From IMG/VR virus record IMGVR_UViG_3300028743_000004: DNA of 20,000 bases. One strand, 5' to 3'. The notes beneath the pieces were generated by a model that saw only the letters and a list, made by a program, of their open reading frames with translations, was not told the origin of the DNA and made no database searches. Numbering within the stretch: position 1 is the first letter of the stretch; the number at the start of each line of letters is the position of its first letter. The position numbers and the translations under genes are program-made. Origin of the DNA: an uncultured virus (IMG/VR IMGVR_UViG_3300028743_000004) (Duplodnaviria > Heunggongvirae > Uroviricota > Caudoviricetes). This document shows positions 16,079 through 20,000 of this stretch, piece after piece.

Positions 16079-16392
16079 TGATCGGCGTACCGATGGTCAA
16101 CCCGAAAGACGCGGTGATCGCCGACCTCAACCGCCAGATTGATGCGTTCTACGGCGCGGGCAAGAAAGCCCAGGTCATCCCGCGCGGCGTCAGCGCTGAC
16201 GGGCCTTTCAATGGCACCACAGCTCACCACGAACGCCTGCGTGCCCGGCGCGACAAGCTGGCCCCGGCAGTTCGCGCCGAAGCGGCCAAGGGTGTCGTAG
16301 CCAGCGTGGCGGCAAAGAACCTGGGCATGCACATCAAGCGCGTGACGCTGATCGCCCAGGAGAACGGCTTCAAGTTCGCCGACACCCCATGA
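16078..16392 (+). CDS. Hypothetical protein with C-terminal HTH-like segment
   Basis: Start reassigned to ATG 16078 (TAATG overlap); SVAAKNLGMHIKRVTLIA resembles an HTH. Confidence 0.65.
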   Translation: MIGVPMVNPKDAVIADLNRQIDAFYGAGKKAQVIPRGVSADGPFNGTTAHHERLRARRDKLAPAVRAEAAKGVVASVAAKNLGMHIKRVTLIAQENGFKFADTP

Positions 16393-16483
16393 GGCGCATC
16401 AGCAACCAGGTGCGACAACGCCTTCGCCAATCGCAATTCAACCTCCCACCCAGCGGCCTGCAGGCCATCCCGGAGAAACAGCC

Positions 16484-16831
16484 ATGTCCACCGCAACCAA
16501 TACCGCCGAGTTCCTTGAGGAGCTGAACGGCGGCGCATTCGCCAGCCAGATCGGTCACGCCCTTTCCGAAGTAGCCGCCGGTGTTGTTGACCACGGCAAG
16601 GCCGGCAAGCTGGTCATTACCCTGGACCTCAGTCAGATCGGCGAATCCAGCCAGGTGAAGATCAAGCACAAGCTCGACTACAAGGTGCCGACCAAGCGCG
16701 GTACCCGCAGCGAGAACACCAGCCTGGACACGCCGATGCACGTTGGCTCCGGCGGAAAGATCACCCTCTTCGCTGAAAAGCACGATCAGCTCTTCACCCG
16801 CGAAGAAGCGCCAATCAAGCCCCGTACCTGA
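16484..16831 (+). CDS. YfdP-like prophage protein
   Basis: FLEELNGGAF...ALSEVA.GV...GK...TPMHVG.GGK; typical partner upstream of DUF2303; GGAG RBS. Confidence 0.7.
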   Translation: MSTATNTAEFLEELNGGAFASQIGHALSEVAAGVVDHGKAGKLVITLDLSQIGESSQVKIKHKLDYKVPTKRGTRSENTSLDTPMHVGSGGKITLFAEKHDQLFTREEAPIKPRT

Positions 16832-16876
16832 TCAATCCCGCCTCACCCTCCCTTCCGCAACCAAAGGAAATAACCG

Positions 16877-17692
16877 ATGTCACTTACTAAAGATGCAATT
16901 CAGCTCATCACCGATACCGCGCTGGAAGCCACCGGCAAAAAGCTGGAAACGCTGGTTCCTACCGTGGTGTTGCCGGAAAGCGCAAAGGTCTTCGATCTTG
17001 AGCGCTTCCAGGCTGGCCGCAGCCGCTTCCGTGGCACATACAGCACCCACTCACTGGCTGATTTCGGCGCTTACGTCGTTGAACGCGCAGCGCCTGGCGC
17101 GCGCGGGTTCATCAATCAGGACGAAATGAGCTGCGGCCTGCTGTTCAATCTCGGCACCGCCGCAGCACCTGGCCACGCCGACGACCGCGCCATCCTTCGC
17201 CTGAAGGCAACAGCCGGCTACACCGCAGCCCAGCAAATCGGCGGGCGCGGTATCAGCCAAAAGGATTTGAGCGACTGGATCGAAGACTGGCACCAGTACC
17301 TCACCCCGGTCGACGAATCCGGTAACCCAATCCCTGTGGCCAAAGCCATTGCTGCCGTCCGCACGATCACCATCAAGGCGTCCAGCGAGTCGGAAACCAC
17401 GGTGGGAGAAACCAGCGCCAGCCGAAGCGCCATGGACCAGATCGAAGCGCGCAGCAAAGAAACCCTGCCCGTGTCGTTGCAATTCCGCACGGTGCCGTTC
17501 GAAGGCCTGACCGAACAACAGATCACCCTGCGCCTCTCGGTCATCACCAGCGGCTCCCAGCCGGTGTTGAAATTGCGGTGGGTTGGCGAAGAGGTACAGT
17601 GCGAAGACATCGCTCAGGAGTTCAAGGCAGTACTTCAACGCAATATTGGCGAAGCTGCAGTGTTGTCGCTGGGCGCGTTCGATCCGAAGTAA
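16877..17692 (+). CDS. DUF2303 / YfdQ family protein
   Basis: 271 aa; LERFQAGRSRFRG...FNLGT...PGHAD...WIEDW...PFEGL pattern. Confidence 0.8.
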   Translation: MSLTKDAIQLITDTALEATGKKLETLVPTVVLPESAKVFDLERFQAGRSRFRGTYSTHSLADFGAYVVERAAPGARGFINQDEMSCGLLFNLGTAAAPGHADDRAILRLKATAGYTAAQQIGGRGISQKDLSDWIEDWHQYLTPVDESGNPIPVAKAIAAVRTITIKASSESETTVGETSASRSAMDQIEARSKETLPVSLQFRTVPFEGLTEQQITLRLSVITSGSQPVLKLRWVGEEVQCEDIAQEFKAVLQRNIGEAAVLSLGAFDPK

Positions 17693-17771
17693 CACCAAGG
17701 CCGGGAGACCGGCCTTCCTACTCGCTGCATCCGGTAACCGGAGGGCGGCTTAAGATGGAAGCCAAACGACT

Positions 17772-18032
17772 TCATTTCCCATTGGTCATGCCGTCGGCTA
17801 TAAATTTCGCGGCGCTCTTTAAGCGGCCTGCTACATCTTCAATATCCGCCCAGTCGTCACATATCTGATCCATCTGCGCATAGGCGAATGGTTCTTTCCT
17901 TGTAACGTTTAACCGCGCGGCGCTAGGCTTTTTTGATCCTCCTTCCCATACAAACATGATTAGAACGTCGAACTCTCCATATTTGTAGATAACGTTCCTT
18001 GGGTCCTTTAAGTCGAATAATGCTTCGTTCAT
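17772..18032 (-). CDS. Hypothetical AT-rich moron-like protein
   Basis: Start reassigned to ATG 18032 (86 aa); antisense to the operon, AT-richer than its flanks, bracketed by direct repeats. Confidence 0.6.
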   Translation of the reverse strand: MNEALFDLKDPRNVIYKYGEFDVLIMFVWEGGSKKPSAARLNVTRKEPFAYAQMDQICDDWADIEDVAGRLKSAAKFIADGMTNGK

Positions 18033-18138
18033 AGCCTTCACTCTTGATCCGGATTTATTCCGGGCATCCGTAGTACTCCAACCCCACCTAAATTGCCACC
18101 ACCGGTTCCGGAGGGCGGCGCTTACCCGGAGCAAACCC

Positions 18139-18615
18139 ATGACCAAGCAAGTACAGCAAACCATCACCGCATCTGAACTCCCTGAGCGCGGCCAACCTCT
18201 AGCCGGCGGGGTGTTCGTCACCCGCTACTGGCTCAACGGCTTCGAGCGCGCCCTGATCCTCCTGCCTGATGAGCTCAGTGGTGCCTGGGGCGAGTATGGC
18301 GTCGAGATCAAGGACGCCGGCGGCTACAGCGACGGCGAAGCGAACACCCGCGCCATGGCCGAGGCCGGCAGCGAGATCGCCGTAAAAGCGCTGGAACTGG
18401 GCGGCTTTATTCCGTCCTGCCTTGAGGGCCAACTGCTGATGGCAGCCAAGGCTGATGGCCTGGTGGAGCTTCGCGATGATCGATACCACTGGCTGAGCAC
18501 GCAGCGCTCCGCCGACATCGCCTACACCATGGACTTTGAAGATGGCTGGCTCCACTACTACGGCGAGGACTACGAGCGGCTCGCGCGCCCTGTCCGCAGC
18601 CTCCCTATTCAGTAA
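18139..18615 (+). CDS. DGR target protein 1 (CLec-fold / DUF1566-like)
   Basis: 158 aa, GGAG RBS; C-terminal YHWLST...A...F..G...RPVR motif; 3' end carries VR1. Confidence 0.88.
   Translation: MTKQVQQTITASELPERGQPLAGGVFVTRYWLNGFERALILLPDELSGAWGEYGVEIKDAGGYSDGEANTRAMAEAGSEIAVKALELGGFIPSCLEGQLLMAAKADGLVELRDDRYHWLSTQRSADIAYTMDFEDGWLHYYGEDYERLARPVRSLPIQ
18500..18599 (+). repeat. DGR variable repeat VR1 with IMH-like end
   Basis: 18500-18588 aligns ungapped to TR 19912-20000 with 10 mismatches, all at TR adenines; followed by CCTGTCCGCAG shared with VR2. Confidence 0.95.
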
Positions 18616-18735
18616 TTCATTTCTTTATTCGTTTTTCGCAGGTGATTCCCGGGAGCGCCAGGACGGCGCTCAGACCAGAAGCTCGTCGGGAAGCGCCGGC
18701 TACCTGCACCCTTATCTCGCTCACAGGAGCATCTC

Positions 18736-19329
18736 ATGCGTGCCAATGAACTGACCACGTACACCCGTGGAGATCTGACTATCAGTAGCCCAGACGAAGG
18801 TGTCGTGCTGAAGCTGGCAACCCTGGCCATCGCCGCCGCACCAGCAGTTGCTGCAAGTGGTATCCCCGCCATCGGCGAGTACTGGCCCGGTGAAGGCGGC
18901 ATCAACGGCGGCCTGTTCCCCGGCGGTGACAAGCCCTACTACCTGATTGTGCCGACCGGAAGCGATGCAGAGGCGATCCATGAGTGGGGTGGCTACGGCG
19001 ATGAACTTGGCGGCGCCAAATCCCCATGGGACGGCCAGGCGAACACCGCGTACCTCGCCAGCAGCAACCGAGAGCACGACCACCCTGCCGCCCAGTTCTG
19101 TGCAGCCTTCGAGCGTGATGGTCACAAGGACTTCTACCTCATGGCTCGCCGTGAGGCTTCCTTCCTCGAAATCACCGTGCCGGACGTGTTCACCCAGGCG
19201 TACCACTGGACGAGCTCGCAGCGCTCCGCCTACTACGCCTACGGCATGGACTTTGAAGATGGCTGGCTCAACAACTACGACAAGGACCTCGAGCGGCTCG
19301 CGCGCCCTGTCCGCAGAAAGTTTATTTAA
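18736..19329 (+). CDS. DGR target protein 2 (CLec-fold / DUF1566-like)
   Basis: 197 aa, AGGAG RBS; paralogous to target 1 (WG.YG, DG.ANT, YHW.S); 3' end carries VR2. Confidence 0.88.
   Translation: MRANELTTYTRGDLTISSPDEGVVLKLATLAIAAAPAVAASGIPAIGEYWPGEGGINGGLFPGGDKPYYLIVPTGSDAEAIHEWGGYGDELGGAKSPWDGQANTAYLASSNREHDHPAAQFCAAFERDGHKDFYLMARREASFLEITVPDVFTQAYHWTSSQRSAYYAYGMDFEDGWLNNYDKDLERLARPVRRKFI
19216..19316 (+). repeat. DGR variable repeat VR2 with IMH-like end
   Basis: 19216-19305 aligns ungapped to TR 19911-20000 with 8 mismatches, all at TR adenines. Confidence 0.95.
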
Positions 19330-19349
19330 TCATTCAATTCTTCATTCAT

Positions 19350-19365
19350 GGGTGCGATAGCACCC
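19350..19365 (+). other. Post-VR hairpin (candidate DGR target-recognition cruciform)
   Basis: GGGTGC-GATA-GCACCC: 6-bp stem with a GRNA-type loop downstream of VR2. Confidence 0.6.
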
Positions 19366-19386
19366 TCGCTTTTCAGGAGGCCAGGG

Positions 19387-19740
19387 ATGGCACTGCATAC
19401 GGACTTGGAAATCCACAAGGTGGCCGAGGAGTTGCTCGGGCTTTCGCTTGACCTGGTGCGCAATATCCCGCGCGACCTGAAGCAGGTTGTCGGAGCAAAA
19501 ATCCGGGACGAGTGCCTGCAGGTGTTGGTGCTGATCGGCCGGGCCAACATGACCAGGGACAAGCTGCCCCACATCAACCTAATGCTCGAAAGCATTTGGA
19601 TGCTCAACTACTTGCTGCGCGCCCTCACCAACCGAGGGTTGATCAGCAAGGGGCAGCACGCCAAAGCAATGATGATGACGGCCTCAATAGGCCGCCAGGC
19701 CAACGCCTGGAAGAAGTCCGCAACCGCGCCCGCTGCTTGA
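19387..19740 (+). CDS. avd: DGR accessory variability determinant (Avd-like four-helix bundle)
   Basis: Start reassigned to ATG 19387 behind CAGGAGG; 117 aa, basic and helical, ending SIGRQANAWKK; lies between VR2 and TR. Confidence 0.85.
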   Translation: MALHTDLEIHKVAEELLGLSLDLVRNIPRDLKQVVGAKIRDECLQVLVLIGRANMTRDKLPHINLMLESIWMLNYLLRALTNRGLISKGQHAKAMMMTASIGRQANAWKKSATAPAA

Positions 19741-19910
19741 GGGTCAAGGCCCTCTTGCCTGTGCGCCAAATCTGGTCGAGCCGCTGACCTATGGGTCACC
19801 GCCATGCGCAAAAACAGATACCGCCGGTCTAAAGCGTCCGCGTAGGTCTGGCGCAGTTTCCAAGCTGATCGTTTCCGCCTTCGGCTTGGCGATGTAGATA
19901 GCTCGACAGG

Positions 19911-20000
19911 TCGCAGCGCTCCGCCAACAACGCCTACAACATGGACTTTGAAGATGGCTGGCTCAACAACAACGACAAGAACAACGAGCGGCTCGCGCGC
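19911..20000 (+). ncRNA. DGR template repeat TR (truncated by the window end)
   Basis: A-rich third copy of the repeat: 27 A in 90 nt, 8 AAC codons. In-frame TAG at 19899-19901 shows it is not the end of a target gene. Confidence 0.95.

Larger units (their letters stand above)
1..20000. mobile_element. Lambdoid prophage or temperate phage segment
   Basis: Canonical order terS, lysis, Q, nin-like, P, O, cro | cI, pL early genes; no host housekeeping genes in the window. Confidence 0.95.
18139..20000 (+). mobile_element. Diversity-generating retroelement with two targets (RT not in window)
   Basis: Order target1(VR1), target2(VR2), avd, TR with adenine-specific divergence. Confidence 0.93.

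Noticed and set aside
17051..17698. 215-aa minus-strand ORF and other long antisense ORFs in 16370-19206
   Set aside because: Shadows of well-supported plus-strand genes.
18499..18499. T-to-A difference between TR 19911 and VR1 18499
   Set aside because: At the 5' edge of the alignment where homology ends; treated as outside VR1, not as a non-adenine mutation.
18500..20000. Three repeats read as a CRISPR array or simple duplication
   Set aside because: No repeat-spacer periodicity; two copies are coding 3' ends and mismatches are strictly at adenines, which fits a DGR.
19941..20000. ATG inside TR as the RT start
   Set aside because: It is the templated Met codon of the repeat; no RT motifs are visible in the window, so RT is not annotated.

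Overview
Central part of a lambdoid (pro)phage. The host is most likely Pseudomonas, inferred from the GC-rich codon style and gene families. Minus strand, from the immunity region towards position 1: cro, two small RHH-like regulators, Rha/KilAC antirepressor, O-like initiator with iterons, P-like loader, DUF1364 and VRR-NUC nucleases, an operon-embedded tyrosine recombinase, a Q-position gene, a structured late leader, holin(s), a cos-like region and the start of terS. Plus strand: cI, then an AT-rich ABC-ATPase/TOPRIM-like gene plus a Dam-type methyltransferase in the lambda rex position (candidate defence system), pL/OL with boxA, and early-left genes including yfdP/yfdQ-like. The window ends in a diversity-generating retroelement (DGR): two tandem small CLec/DUF1566-like target genes with variable repeats VR1 and VR2, an Avd-like gene and a template repeat. 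Every aligned VR/TR mismatch (10 and 8) falls on a TR adenine. The expected reverse transcriptase would lie beyond base 20000. The targets are small early-operon proteins, not tail fibres. Family calls come from motif recognition by eye, not from database searches.
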